Below, one piece after another: positions 26,959-41,510 of a stretch of 64,000 bases of DNA (the first letter of the stretch is position 1; each line of letters opens with the position of its first letter). A program made the position numbers and the translations under genes. The notes under the pieces were generated by a model that saw only the letters and a list, made by a program, of their open reading frames with translations, was not told the origin of the DNA and searched no databases. The stretch covers positions 5,052,600-5,116,599 of the forward strand of contig NC_134036.1 of NCBI RefSeq assembly GCF_964204645.1. Reading direction: 5' to 3'. This DNA comes from Tubulanus polymorphus. Taxonomy: Eukaryota; Animalia; Nemertea.

Positions 26959-27486
26959 GATTGGTTTAATATTCACAATGATGTGTCTATGTAAGGGAAA
27001 AGACAATTCCATTAAGGGCGTAGTAGAAATTGGACGCGGAAGATTGATCAACTAGTAGCCACGTCTGGTGGATTCTAGCTACGTTCGATTTAGATTTAGA
27101 TTTTATTTTTTCCATCTTTACAGACTAATAGAATAGCGGGTACACACAGTCTGGAGTTTCAACATTAAAAACTAGACTTCGATCGCTCCGACTCAATCGC
27201 TGCCCCGATACAGAACGATCATTTTCGTTCGTTCGTTCGCCGACTAAAGAGGGGAAAACAGCGATAAACATCGCTTGATGTCGAAAACACGGCGCTGATG
27301 GGATTGATAGGATCGTTAGTATCGAGTGACTGAATTTAGAATCGCGAGTAGGCGATTACACATTCGACAATCGACATGCGGTGTCAATATCCAACGTTAT
27401 CCGAAGAACCAACGGCAACATCGTCCGTAAAAATATTTATAGGGATTGTTTATACAAATCGCTCCGGAACAATCGACGGTTTTCGA

Positions 27487-27972
27487 ATATACCGCGCGGT
27501 ACAGAGGTCAACTACTGAAAGGTTGTTTAATGTAAACCAGTGTTTGAATACCGCGGTACAGGGGTCAGTTACAGAAAGGTTGTTTAATCTAAACCAGTGT
27601 TTAAATACCGCGGTACAGGGGTCAGTTACTGAAAGGTTGTTTAATGTAAACCAGTGTTTGAATACCGCGGTACAGGGGTCAGTTACAGAAAGGTTGTTTA
27701 ATGTAAACCAGTGTTTAAATACCGCGGTACAGGGGTCAGTTACAGAAAGGTTGTTTAATGTAAACCAGTGTTTAAATACCGCGGTACAGGGGTCAGTTAC
27801 TGAAAGGTTGTTTTATGTAAACCAGTGTTTGAATACCGCGGCGCAGGGGTCAGTTACTGAAAGGTTGTTTAATGTAAACCAGTGTTTAAATACCGCGGTA
27901 CAGGGGTCAGTTACTGAAAGGTTGTTTAAATTACAAACCAGTGTTTGAATACCAAAGTACTGGGGTCATTTA
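27487..27972 (+). repeat. 57-bp minisatellite (~8.5 units)
   Basis: Unit AATACCGCGGTACAGGGGTCAGTTACTGAAAGGTTGTTTAATGTAAACCAGTGTTT(A/G); 19-aa periodicity in ORF 27376..27948. Confidence 0.96.
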
Positions 27973-30328
27973 CCGAAATGCCATCGTACACGCCGGTTTA
28001 GGTAATTTTTCAAGGTTGTCATACGCAAAAAAAAAACAATATTTGGATACCGCGGTACAAGCCGTCTCATCGCTACTTCAAGGTGGTAAACAACATCCTT
28101 TAAAAAAGCGAAAAAACTTTCAAAAAACCTATTTGCGCGTTCATTCCACATCGAGCCGTGTCTATATCGAAATTACACGCTGGCAGCGATCGCGATAGCT
28201 GCGCGCTTTTATTATGTTTACCGACTGCGCAAACGAAAACGAATCGGCCGCTTGAAAAAATACGAAACCAGACAGTCGTTCAAACAATTGAGAAAACAGA
28301 GGCGTGTTTGTTCGCGCGCGCGTGTCGAAAGAGCCGAACGGGAGTCTTAAGAAAATTATCAGGTGTGTTTTACCGCGTCGTTCGTGCACTCGGGATAAGT
28401 CGCGGCGCCAATATTTGAGTTTCACCGACGAGCGTTTTAAAAAGTGGAGAACAGTATTCGCAGTGCGCATCCGAAAAGAGTTCGACTAGGGCATTTTAAC
28501 TTATTGAAACGAAACTTTGAACCACGCGGTCGTGTCTTCAAAAATATATACTTAGTCTCGGACTAATCTTGAAACCTAACTTTTGACTGCCTCAAAATGG
28601 TTGCAAGGCCCTGCGGCACTTAGTGACTCCACTCCAAAAGTGGTCTCAAATCTTAACACGTTTGTTACAAGCCGTTATATCGGCTATAGAATTAATACGG
28701 TCTTGGATAGATCTTCGATCGAAGCCTTGATTGCCTAAAAAAGGTCGGAAGGCCTGTTACACGGTCGCGACTCGACTCCAAAAGTGGTCGCAAAACTTAA
28801 GACTGTCCTTAAGCTGATAGATCGGCTATAGAATTAAGACGGTCTTTGATAGGTCTTCGATCTGAGCCTTGATTGCGTACGAATCAAGTCTTTGTAATAA
28901 TGGTATGTTGTTTAAACACATCGCATTTCTGACAAAGTAACAATAACCTTCGTTTTACGCAAAATCGCATCGTAAAAATTGAACGATGTAGGAAAATAGG
29001 ATATAGATTTGCCGGATCAAATTAAAGTATAAACTGAATATAGCCGCAAAGCAGCAGCGATAACGGGTTTTCTGCCGAGCAGGCGTCCTGCGCGTTTGGA
29101 CTGAATGGAATTTGAGAAACTGGTAGATTGCTTATTTTCTTAAAAAGCATGAACGGGTAAAAACCAAACTAACGGGAATTACATGAATCGACAGATGAAC
29201 GAGTGGAACTTCCAGTTTAGTTCTTTAAGAACGACTCGCTCGACTTAACTGAGACTAATCAAGTTGAATTCATTTTCATTTTTCATTTTTAATGTTCCAC
29301 AAAAACATGTTTTGCACAGAACATTCATACATTTCATTTTAACAGTAGATGGCATTGTACAGCGAAGCGAATCGTTGACAAGTTAACGTAAAGAGACACA
29401 TATACATGTTCGCTTGGCAAATATTACGGGACCTCGTTTACGCACCCCCGACTAATTTACAAAAGTTACTTAGTTGGAACGATAGTCATATTGAAAAAAA
29501 ACGCCGAAACAGGCACGATGATTAATCGGCGCACTTAATATTAAAGCGATCTAATTCGTTAATATCGCTAATTGCATCCGTGGAAAAAGAAACCCGTCGA
29601 CTCGAGTTTGCATAAAAGAAAACCGTGGTTATTTTTGCGCGTTAACGCAAAACGTAACCTTTCGACGAACTGCGCGCGGCTTCGGATTCGGTTCTTTTGA
29701 GCTGCTCGCCCGACGCTCGAGACGAAGATATCCCGCTCTTCCCGGGGGTCGCTGTCGGTTATCGGTTTTCGTTTCTCAATCGCTTCAGACGTATTCGTGA
29801 GTGGGATGGAAGCGTCGGGGGAAAAAGGGGAGAACGAGGTCTTCGTCGAAATTGAAGGCCCGATACTCTGCGTAATGAAATCGCGGTGAACGTATCGACA
29901 ATTGCTATTGTATTCGTTCCGTCGTTTTGGGGAAAGCGAGCTGACTACCGCGGTGTGTTGAGACCGGTAACGTATTTCGGGGTCGAATACGAATAGGATA
30001 TCATTTCGAGAAATATTAGACAATATTCGTCGCTTGCCTCGTTACTCGGGATTGGTGTAATACTACCCGGAGATCGAGGACAAAAAGACCGAGGATGATA
30101 TAGCGAAAATAGAGTAGACTTATAGTCGCATACGCCGTAATGACTAGAGCCTTCGGGTAAACGTTTGTGTCAAATACCGGGTAAATAAGTTTGCGAAGTA
30201 CAATAGGCGACGCTGACTCTTACCGCGGTAAATTTGAGACTGGCAAAATTCAACCGCCAGTTCGGTCTTTGTAAAGGTTTTAAACCGCGTAACGCGCAGT
30301 TTGCGGAAAGTCGACGTCGTATCCTTCC

Positions 30329-30438
30329 GGATCCAGTTCCACAGTCATGAGTTAGAGTTAAATCAGAGTTGAAATTAGTTCATTTTCGACGAGTTGAATC
30401 GGAGTCAAATCTTAACTCACAACTGTGGAACTGGGTCC
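30329..30438. mobile_element. ~110-bp MITE with ~26-bp TIRs
   Basis: GGATCCAGTTCCACAGT..GAGTTA / TAACTCACAACTGTGGAACTGGGTCC; related copies near 38520-38610 and 53906-53995. Confidence 0.75.
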
Positions 30439-31130
30439 CGAAGTCTAAAGGAGCAATCCGCGAAAATGTGCTCCCGCCAAAATCAATTTTGCGAAATGTT
30501 GGTTCTCGTCGGCGGCGCGGTGTTGTTTGCGCGGCGATGATCGCAGTTGACGCCGCGCAGAACGAAATCGAATTTTCGTCGCCACACGAGTCTCATAAAG
30601 ATCAGGAAACCTCGAATTGTTTCGCGTTTATGATTTTATCTCGTCGGCACGCGGGGTAACGCGAGAAGGGTGGCAATTTATAACCGTTCGGGGCGAATTG
30701 CTACCTATTTTCTTTTGTCGTCGGTCGTCGTTTTGCTTTGTTTTGTCGGTTCAGGTTACGGCTCGGCGGCGTCGTCGTTAAAGCTCGCCTTTCCGAACCG
30801 AGCGAAACAGCTTCGTAACAACGACAACAACGCAGAGGCCGCGCGTGCAAAGCGTCTCCGATTTTCGGAACAGTCTTTCCTCTCGAGGGACAATGGTTTC
30901 GCGAGTGCGCGTAGGCTAACCTGCCCTTGTCGACAAAAGGGTGTACAAATTCGAAATAACTATTTATCCGAGATGAAAATCTTTTTTCCGCCCCGAAAAT
31001 ACCGGTAGACGCAAGCGTGGGCTTAATATCCGTTGAAGGCAATTTCGTATTCGTAAAAACAAATTTATTTTTGATTTCTATTTTTTCAACGAAAAGTTGA
31101 ATCAGTGAACTTACAGCCAATGGTATATAT

Positions 31131-31246
31131 GTTCTACTCGCCGCTCTCCCGCTACAGCTGTGAGGAAAGAGGGTTCATCGAGAACCTATTGCATCTGTTC
31201 CACTCGCTGCTCTCCCGCTACAGCTGTGAGGAAAGAGGGGTCACCG
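31131..31246 (+). repeat. 66-bp minisatellite (~2 units)
   Basis: Same unit as 9724-10489. Confidence 0.9.
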
Positions 31247-31754
31247 ATTACCCACCGGGTCTCTCCTAAACCCGTTGACAAAATTTGAAAATATCCCATT
31301 TTCGTCAGTGTGTTGTTCGACCTCAGATTTTGCGGCGACCAAAAAAAATCCCGACGAGCCGAAATTCAAACGATAAGAGTTTTCGAGGAATTTAGAACAA
31401 AAAAAAGGTAGGGAATAGAACTAAGGTCACGTTAGCGTGTCTTGTGACGAGGGTCGTCATTCGTATTTCGGAACTCGACACTATACGACATTTCCTTGGA
31501 TTTGAAACGACGCTCTTGACATTTTGAAATACAGGATGAGAGGTGGTATCAACAACACGACTAAAGAGATGCAGTTTCCCTTCGACAATTCACAAACCGA
31601 TGGTGTTTTTTTCGACATCGGAGCGCGCGTTCGACATTAACGAAAACTTTGCCAAGGACAATCCTACGACTGCATTTCTATTCATCTCCAAGCCAAGCTA
31701 CACGGCATCGAGTGCTATAATTCATCGAGAACCACTGCTGCTAGAACTTGGGCA

Positions 31755-32135
31755 GAGTGGGGGTTCGCCGAGAACCTATATTGCGTCTGGTCTACTCGCT
31801 GCTCTTCCGCTACAGCTGCGAGGAGAGGGGTTTCACCGAGAACCCATCGTATCTGTTCAACTCGCTGCTCTTCCGCTACAGCTGTGAGGAGAGCTGGTTC
31901 ACTGAGAACCTATTGCGTCTGTTCAACTCGCTGCTCTTCCGCTACAGCTGTGAGTAGAGGGGTTCACCGAGAACCTATTACGTCTGTTCTACTTACTGCT
32001 CTCTCGCTACAGCTGTGAGGAGAGGGGGTTTACCGGGAACCTATTGCGTCTGTTCTACTCGCTGCTTTCCCGCTACAGCTGAGAGGAGAGGGGGGTTCAC
32101 CGAGAACACATTGCGCCTGTTCTACTCGCTGCTCT
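31755..32135 (+). repeat. 66-bp minisatellite array (~5.5 units)
   Basis: Same unit as 9724-10489. Confidence 0.94.
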
Positions 32136-32524
32136 TACTCTACTTCTTGAGAATATAAGTATCCACTATTGCGAAAGCAATGAAAATGTAAGGTGGGTTT
32201 TAGTAGGACAACAGATTGCAAGGGCGAAGCACAATATATTGATCGATACGAATTAACGGTGTCTGAACCATCTCGCCGTAAACGCCAGACAACAGGGTCG
32301 AGCATCGTGAGAAAAAGCCATCACGAATTCAGCTTATTGCGTAACGCAATATAGTGTACAAATTAAGCTTGTTTTGACGGCGCCGATTATTTATTGTGTG
32401 TATGGACTAAACCGCAGCCGACACTGCTGCGGCTGATCGAAGCCGACCGTGCCGGTCACGACCCCCTAACCGAAGATACGGCGGCGGATTCACAAGTGGT
32501 TTAAGATGGCACATTTCTTCGCAA

Positions 32525-32836
32525 ACACTTACTCTGTATTTGACACCAACTCGGAGTAGAATTTTACCAGTCCCAACTTTACCGCGGTGAGAGACAGAGT
32601 CTACTGTATTTCACAAACTCTGACTCAATATTTGACACCAACTCGGGGTAGAATTTTACCAGTCCCAAGAGACACAGTCTACTGTATTTCACAAACTCTT
32701 ACTCAGTATTTGACACCAACTCGGGAAAGAATTAACCGGTCTCAACTTTGCAGCAGTAAGAGACGGAGTCTACTATATTTCACAATCTTTTGCTCAGCAT
32801 TTGACACCAACTTGGGGTAGAATTTCACCAGTCTCA
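32525..32836 (-). repeat. ~92-bp minisatellite, inverted array
   Basis: Reverse complement of the 10958-11413 unit; single units also at ~30160-30262 and 37516-37619. Confidence 0.88.
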
Positions 32837-33454
32837 CATAACGGTAGTAACTAAAGGAGTTGGACCACAACAATGGATGCTAAAAGTCGAAACCAACGAG
32901 GTGTATGAGCAACATGCATGCGGTCTCTAACAGAGATATACTAAATCGGGCGCTGCGGTATTTTACAGGCCACAGCGCGTAAATTACAATATCTTGGTCC
33001 ATTGGGGAATTCAGCCGTCAACCCTTAACCCTCAAATCAACTCGATTTTTTCTAATTCCGTTTCCCGAGATTCCATATTTCGGCCATACAACGAGAGTTC
33101 GAACTAGGGTACTGTTACGAAACGCGCGTTTCCGTAAATTCTCGGTATTCTGTATTCATCGATACCGATCGAATAAGTCATATTTCAGTCTTCGGCATCG
33201 GGGTATTTCTGATCATAACGCACGAACGCGCGTAATTAGCGCTATTTTGCATTTGAAACGAGCGATTCTATTCCCATACGAGCGGTGTCTTAAATACGTC
33301 GAACGTTTTTTGAAAGCGACTCAATTTTCGATTCGAATCGTCGTCCGTGCCTCGCGTGTATATTGCCGAGCGTTCTTATTCAAAACGTCTTTTCGAGCGT
33401 TTTCATTTAATAAAAACCGAGTAAGATTCATTAACGTCGACAATTATTGCGGGT

Positions 33455-34005
33455 GATAAGAGAGGATAGCGATAGAGAGGGGTTGCGAGGGAGAGGTACT
33501 CGTGGGGAGGGATAGGGAATCATGTAGGGAGAGGGTATAAGGAACGCGTAGAAAGGATGAGAGATCGGGAGTGAGGGAGATCTACTCAGGGGGAGGTAGA
33601 GGAACGGGGACTGGGATAGTAGAACACGGTGAGGGGCTCTATGAGCGCTCATAGGTATAGAGGGAGAGAGACTCGTGGGGGGGGGGGGGGTGAGTGGGAG
33701 CTGGGGACTCAGGAAAGGGAACGGACGTGGGGAGGGAGGGGAAATCGTGGAGAGGGGGTGGAACTCAATGAGACGGAGAGAGACCCGAGGAGATAGGCCC
33801 GGGGAGAGGGAAAGGGAGCGGGACTCGGGGAGGCTAGTGAGAGGGAGCGGGAGCTGGGGACTCAGTAAAGGAAGTGGGAGAGGGGAGGGAGGGGAACTCA
33901 ATGCGAGGTTGAGAGACTCGGGGAGATGGACTCGGGGAGAGGGAAAGGGAGGGGACTCCAGGGCGGAAAGGTGGAGTTAATGTGGATAGAGAGAGGGGGA
34001 GGTGA
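33455..34005 (+). repeat. G/A-rich low-complexity tract
   Basis: Purine-rich with a poly-G run and a duplicated GGGAGCTGGGGACTCAG. Confidence 0.8.
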
Positions 34006-35229
34006 TGATTTTAACCTATACGTTCTCACGTTCGACTCCCTCCCTCCGAGCATCGGAAATCCGACGACAACCGGATAGTAATTAAGACTAATGAGACGAG
34101 CGCTAATTGAACGAGTTCATATTCTCTGAATGAACCGAGGTAAGCCGATAAGGGCTCCGCCGCGCGCCGCCTAATCCTTAGAAATGAAATAAAAAGTCTT
34201 TTCATCTCAGAAAGTTAGAATTACGTAATCGAACACGGCGGGATTTAGTGGGGTTTTTTTTCTGTAATTCCCTATAGAGAACGGATACTCGATACCGCTT
34301 TAGTCGCAATTAATTAAAGGTTTAAAATTCGCCACGGGGCCGTTTGAATAAACGTCGAAAGGCAGCGCATTTTTATTTCAAATGCAAATCTGACGGCGCT
34401 GCGATACGGTATCGCAGTCATTTTTATTATACGCTCCTGCCGACGTGTACCGGGACGCGTTAATCACACACCAAGGCTTTGCTTGGCCCACACTGAAAGC
34501 TACTGTTCTCTCTCTCTCTTTTTTTTATAATTGTGCTTTTAATTAGAAAAAATTGTAAATTTTATTGTTTCTTTTCTCTCGACCTGTGTACATAGCCTGT
34601 CATGCTTTCTGTGAAATAAATTTGAACTTGAACTTGAACACACTGTTTCTGTAGCTGTACTCCGATTTCCGTTCTCAAAATCGAACCACTTGTTTCGCCC
34701 CCGGCAGCTGGTGCGGTGGGTTTATAAGGGTCACTCAATCAAAAAAAAATCGAATGGAATTTACCGACTAAATCGATGACAGGGTCAATCCCTATTTTAA
34801 GATCAGAAGAAAGAAAAAAAATTAAATCACACACTATTTTTTGGACTAGTGAAACCACGATTTATTCATCACGTGTTTTAAATAATATTGTACGTACGTC
34901 CCCGTACTAAGCATATCGAAATAGTCCGAAATGCGTATACATAAATATTGAATCGACGTTTCGACTATATCCTAAACGTTATCGACAACGTTACGAGTTA
35001 GCCGAGAGAGAATATAGATCGATCAAGCAATCAGATGTCCTATATACAAACTACGTGAGTACGTTCAACGTTAGAACAATTAAAAACCACCCTCCCTCGG
35101 CAGGGATTCGAACCCAATGGCGTCCGGGGTGAAAACTTAAATTTGCAAATACGTCCGTTGACATTCATGCTTCAAAAGGATGATGAGTGCAAGTGCAGCG
35201 AATTGAGTAGATAGTTGTAACAATAGTAA

Positions 35230-35305
35230 TAGTGATAATAATAAAAACAATGATGATAATGATAATAATAATAATAATTATAATAATAATAACAATAATG
35301 ATAAA

Positions 35306-35368
<63 letters not shown>

Positions 35369-35380
35369 AATGAATAATAG
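35230..35380. repeat. (AAT)n microsatellite
   Basis: Imperfect AAT run. Confidence 0.95.
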
Positions 35381-35472
35381 GATGAATCGTGGTTTCGTGC
35401 GTGGTCGTCCGTCGACGTCTTACAGACTAAAGAGATACCCGCGACATTTACAGCTACAAATACCCAGTGGAT

Positions 35473-35571
35473 GGTTTTACAGACTGGTGTTACCTTTAAC
35501 CCGAGGGCTAACTTAATACATTTTCAATTGAATTAGCCCACGGGTAAAAGGTAATACCGGTCTATAAAACC
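35473..35571. mobile_element. Short foldback/MITE hairpin
   Basis: ~39-bp imperfect inverted arms GGTTTTACAGACTGGTGTTACCTTTAACCCG / CGGGTAAAAGGTAATACCGGTCTATAAAACC. Confidence 0.7.
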
Positions 35572-38500
35572 GGGCTCAGTATTTTACTGCTACCATGTCG
35601 ACATTGCGGTTACGCGTACTATTATATTATGTGGGCCCAGTAAACGTACCACGATCTAGATATTCGGTAAACTTTAAATTTAAAACTGTAAAACTTTATT
35701 AATTGCTATCTCTCTATTACTGAATTAAAGATTCGTTTGGTAATTGAGAACGCGCAATGTCAGCTATCCCACCAGATGGCGTGACGAGCAGTAGGTCGTC
35801 CGTCGTCATAATTAGTTCATTTGCAATGAACTTTTTACTGAACTTTTAGACACCCGAATCCATATATTATCTCAGCACCTATCATTATTCTTCTCGGATA
35901 TCGGTATGATTTTCACAAATGATTGATTCATTTAATAGAAAAGTTAGATTTAATTAAAATGCAAAAGAAATCGAACCAACTGTCTACTAGCGAACCTAAC
36001 GGATCCAGATACTGCCTGCCGTTACGCGGAATCCTCGCTTGCCGCAGAGCGTTGCGGTTACACCCGAATATACGGAATTCGCAATCGAATTCCTCGAATT
36101 CATTGAAATTCTAATCAGTCGGAATTATTCAAATTATAATCTATGCAAAACGATAACTCGGCAAAATACGGGTCGAATCATTAATATTCATTCACGATCG
36201 CGTCGACGATGAGGCGCGCGCGCTCGCTCGCGCCGCTCGAGGAAAGGCTTTAATCTCGAAACAACCATACGAGACGAGAACGACAGAAAATACATATTCA
36301 TAGCGTTTGGGGAAAAAACCGAGCGTTCGTTCCCGGCGAACACTCGTCGTCGTTGGATCGTCGCAGGTGTTTACTCGAACGTGGGTTTACGGCCGTTCCG
36401 GGGATATCAGCCGACTCCTCGAAAAAGATTGTTTAAATTATTTTTTTAATGCTCCAAATTTTACATAATTATTCGAGTGCCGAAAATGAAAGTCAAAACG
36501 TGGAAAAATAAAGTTAACATACTCACAGTATCTTAACATGAACTGCGAGTTTTCTCAACACATTTTTATCATTCGAATCGAAATAATCTACTAAATCGGA
36601 TAGTGTTGACTGTGAAAAATTGAAGTAAATCAAATCAGCCCATAGGCGCTGCTATGCTAAGACTTGTGTGTTTTGTGCAGCGCCCCCACCGTTGGTGATA
36701 GACAGCAGATTTTCGGGAATATTTTCGATGATCTGCGCGAGCGCTGAGCGTAGCGTTTTTCAAGATTGTTGGTGACGTTTTAAGATTTCTAAAGAACATC
36801 TATTGTTTATTTTGCCACCGGTGAGGGCGCTGAAGGAAAAACAAGATTACCTTATCAGTGCCTAGCGGATTTTTTAGGTTTGGAGTGGAGAGACGAGGGA
36901 AGAAGAAAGAGAGAGGGAAAGAAGAGGCCGGCGGGAAGAGCTGATAAAAGAGATCAAAATGAACAGAAATAAACTCCGACAAAATTCCGATTTGAAAACT
37001 GGCTTTGTTTCCTTTTGTTTTCGTTGTCTAAGTAAGAGAATCGGTCGAGCGCGCACGAAATTTCTGCGGAGAAATATCGTTTCGCGAACGTTTCATCTTT
37101 TTCTAAAACTTTCATTTTTAACGTTTGAAATTGTCTTCAAAAGAAAAATGTTCGTATTCGTACGGAACGTCTTTTGGCGATATTCGCGAGATTTCACAAG
37201 TATACTCCGGTTCTTTTCGAGGGAAGGAGACAAAAGCGAAAGGGTTCTCGTCGCGATACGAAAAGAAATATCTAAGAAAAGACGTCACGTCCGCCGCCGC
37301 CCGCTCTAAAACGAGCGCTGCCACCGCGCGCACCTGTCGAGTTTCCCACGAGCTGACGGAGCGCGCTCGTGACGGTTTCACTTCCGCCGAAATTAAGCCG
37401 ATTTAGCGCCTCTAATTCTAGTACGCGGCGGAATCGCGAATGGAATCGGCGTCGAATACCTAATGCAGCGACGATTGTACCGGATGATAGGCTTTTATTA
37501 GATAATATACCCTGACTGGTGAAATTCTATCCCCAGTTGGTGTCAAATACTGAGTAAGATTTTATGAAATACAGTAGACTCTGTCTCTTACCGCGGTAAA
37601 GTCGAGACTGGTAAAATTCGGAAAGTTTTTGGATTAATCTAAATCTTGTTCCCAGAGACACAATAATCAATATGCTAAAACCATATGGTAAACTGCGCCT
37701 TTTAGTATGGCGAAAGTTAAAATGCGTAAAGTTAGAATCGTGTAAAGTCAAAAACAATCGATACATTTACAAATCGAACCATTCGTCGAGAGAATTGTGT
37801 TTATGAATTATTTTTTTCCGAACGGCATTTCACGCTACGGGAAATTCGTGAAAAACAAAACCGATATAAAACATGTCGAATTAATTTCGCGTCGTACAAC
37901 GTCTACTACTCACAGCGACTCTCGTCGATTGAGTTGAACGGTGGCACGCGAGCTTGAGAGAAACAGAGACGGTGCATATACACTGTTTAATACGGGAGGT
38001 GCGGATGAATTATGAATCCGTCTTGGCGGCAATGAAAATAAATGAGCCGACAGAAAATTCGAACGAAACGAACGTCGTTTCGTCGTTACCGTAAGGGACG
38101 CGCGAACAGCCGCGGCCGAGAATGAGAGAAGAGAGAGAGAGAGTCGGAGAGAGAGAGAGAAAGGAAATCGTTCTAATGACGCCCCGAGGACGTGACGTGA
38201 ACGACAAAAAAAAGAACGAATCGGTAAGACGACTAGGACGACGACTGCGCACGCATACACACACTCACATACGGAGCGAACCGCAGCAAAAAAAACGACA
38301 GCTCTAGTGCGGAATATACGACGCTGTTTAACAGATGAACGAACAGAGACCATTGATCGTCCCGAAAACGCGAACAACGCAACCGTATAGGAACTAATGA
38401 GGCTAAATATACGTAGGAATTAGCGTTTTTTTTTTCTAGCGTGGTGGTTTTTTTCCGTTGTTCCCCAAATGCGGTGTCGTCATCGCCGTGCTTATATCGG

Positions 38501-41470
38501 CTATGCCGGCCGCTATCCAGGACCCGGTTTCGCGAGTCCGAGTTGAGATTTGACTCGGAGTTCACTCGTTGAAAATGAACTGACTTTAACTCAGAGTTAA
38601 CACAACTCGTCAGTAGTAGGACGAAGGGGCGAATGGGGAAATAGCACATTTGGGTTTTTGCATGTCTGAATTCTTCTTTGAATTCAGACCGCTAAAATGA
38701 AGTAAATATGTATGCTATTTATTCTTATTTGGTACCATTTATTAAATCTTGATAATTTCTATCAACATGACAAATATTTCTTATTTTGGACAAGAATACA
38801 TGTTACTGTGGAACCGGATTTAGATGGTTATATAAAATAACTATTTTTTTCCGACTTAAACAAGATCCTATTTATAACGTATTGCTAATAATCTACTTTT
38901 AGCAAACCTTTTACATCTAATGTATTATTTTCTTATCTAATGATAAAGGCACAATTGTATTTAGAAGAAAAACAATTTAGTTGCTTTCGGAAAAGCCTTC
39001 ATCCATATTTTCATGGAAATAATTTATCTTTCATTTACATTTTTCATAATCAGGAATGAGGCGCTACGCCTTTTCCTTATGCGTGATTTTAATCACCATA
39101 TTCGTACAGAATCCGAGAATTGTGGATTGAATTTTATTGAATCTTAGAAGAAATCTCCGACTACGTCATACCCGAATGCGCACGGTAGCGAACCTGGTGG
39201 ATCCTCGCTTGCCACAAGCGGAATCCTGGATTGCCGCAGTCGACGATCAGAGTACTCGGTATAATGACCCTCTAATCGGCTGGTCTTCGAGGCGTCTTCT
39301 CAAAGGACTTTAAGTTCTTTGACACCCGAAAATTTTCAGGGTTTGTCTTTCTCGAAATAATCAATGTTAAATATCATATATCGAGTGCCCTGAACGAAAC
39401 CCTGCCCACATCGGTTACGAGCCTAGAGCGACTTGAAAACGGATATCGTTTATGTACCGAATATTCGTTATAAATCGAGGCGCGTAATTGGATAAGCGAT
39501 ACGAATAATGCTAAACACCGGTTTCGGGGAATTGTTCAAATTGACAGGCAATATGGCGGCGTAAACAATCATGAAAGTCACGAGCAACCCGACTATATAT
39601 ACACGCAGCGTTCAAAAGGCCACCAATGCTTGTGTGAAATGCGTTTTAAAGCTGAATATGAAAATCAGCCATTCGTTGGCGTCCGTAGAGCGAGTAAGAC
39701 AAAAGCCGCACGATTATAGTATCACGAAATGAAATGACGGTTTCATTACCTTCAACGCCGCTACCGGATAAGGCGGTTTTTTTTCTTGAAATCACTCGGA
39801 TAATTTTGCAAAATTCGTCATATTAAGTAAAATATTTTCGGAAAGTAAGATTTTTTCTTTTCACCTATCTTTTGAATACTAAGAGTTCGTAACAATTTTC
39901 GCCCATTTTCATTTTTTCTTCGGCAGCCGTTCCGCAGTTTCATGCGGAAAATCCTCAAAATATTCAAAACAATTCGATTTTACTTTTTCCAGCTCCCTTC
40001 CGTTGTAAAACGCCTATCATATACGAAGAAATAATGTTTTCATTTTAATATTTCCCTTCACCGTCCCACTTTTTCCTGAAAAAATCCGTGCATCGAGTAA
40101 TTAAAAAAAAGGCCTAACATCGGAGTGAATTCGCCTGATGAGTGGTTCCATTATCGCCGCTCGGCGCCGTATCGTTAAATGGATTCTTCGAAAATGTCCG
40201 ATATCTAAAACAGCGTTTCATCGTGCGCTCTCCTCGTCGTCACCAATCAATTAAAATCTCATGTTTAATTGAGAAAAAAAAAACGCCGGTTGAAATCGAG
40301 AATTCAGAAAATTTACCGCACCCGGTTCACTATAGCGGTTAAAACATAAGCCGTTAAATTCACTAAGAATGAACTGATTTTTTAAAAATCATTTTTATAA
40401 GATTCGAACTTTTCCAAGGACTATTACGAATCTGCGTTCGATATACATAACATTGCGCTGAATGAATCGTAAATATCATAGGTTTTCGATATTCTCCGAA
40501 AGGTGTTTCCTAAAACTTTCGACTTCAGCATCGCTAAATATTATTTCAACGGATTATCAATAGTTACGCCATCCGAACAGATTTCTAAATATGCGCGCTA
40601 CGTATTGTTTTCAAACGTCATTACGGTACTCTTATTTCACGCCAAATAATGTTTGTTCATCTCGAAATAAAGAAAGATTTCCACGAAGGAATTACCGGTA
40701 TATCGATAATGACAAGTGCGCGAGTATTAATATCTGTATATCATTGCGTTTTCATCGAATATCGTAAAAAAAAAACTTTTTCTAAAAGTCCCCCAAAAAA
40801 CTGAAAAAACGGAAATACAATCGCATGAATGTACGAATAAAATGCCTCGGTAGGAGAATCGAATTCGACGGATATACCGCTCGAGCGACGAGTTTTGTTC
40901 GAGGTCTTCGAAATAACGGAGTTCCCGGGAATCAAAAAGTTACGCCATTTTTACGCAGGATGATTTCATGATGGTCGAAACGCAAAAAAAAAACGGTTCG
41001 GAAACACGATTCAAACTTAACAATGATTTGCGTATTAGTTCATTACCAGCGATCCCGTAAAAAGTTACGTAAGATTGTTCCGAGAGTGACGAATCAAAGA
41101 AGGGCTGTTACGTCGTGTATCGGTTATGCCTACGTGTTCTTACAAGTTACGAAACCCAAAAAGGTTTAGAGTTACATATACAATGATACAATGAATATAT
41201 ATATCGAGATGACTGACGATTTAATTACCTCGGAAATGTTACGAGAATTACTCTTGCCAGAGCTGTACGCACAAAAGTTTCATGCGAAATCATTTCACAA
41301 GTAACGAAATAAATACGGTTTAAGTAAATCGGTTTCGAACCCCGAAAAAAAAGTTACACGTGAAATCATCGCAATCATCTCATACAAGTAACAATTACGA
41401 AAACGATTTTTGGATTGATTATAGATTATAAAGGATTATAAAGAAATTTAAGAAGACTGTTCAAACTTAC

Positions 41471-41510
41471 CCGCCGCTAAAAGTATGAAGATCTTCACGA
41501 ATTGGTTCAT
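41471..41510 (-). CDS. Candidate first coding exon (signal-peptide start MNQFVKIFILLAA) of a large minus-strand gene
   Basis: ATG at 41510, hydrophobic N-terminus, consensus donor G|GTAAGT (phase 1), CpG-rich leader to ~41830. Downstream exons not identified in the window. Confidence 0.55.

Noticed and set aside
27376-27948. 190-aa ORF with 19-aa repeats
   Set aside because: 57-bp minisatellite; no splice signals or domain features seen.
30670-31008. ORF with a hydrophobic, signal-like N-terminus
   Set aside because: Starts at GTG, no ATG or donor support, no recognisable domain.
40135-40170. CTGATGA followed by a short stem (similar cases near 6200 and 17973)
   Set aside because: No GAAA after the stem, so not hammerheads.
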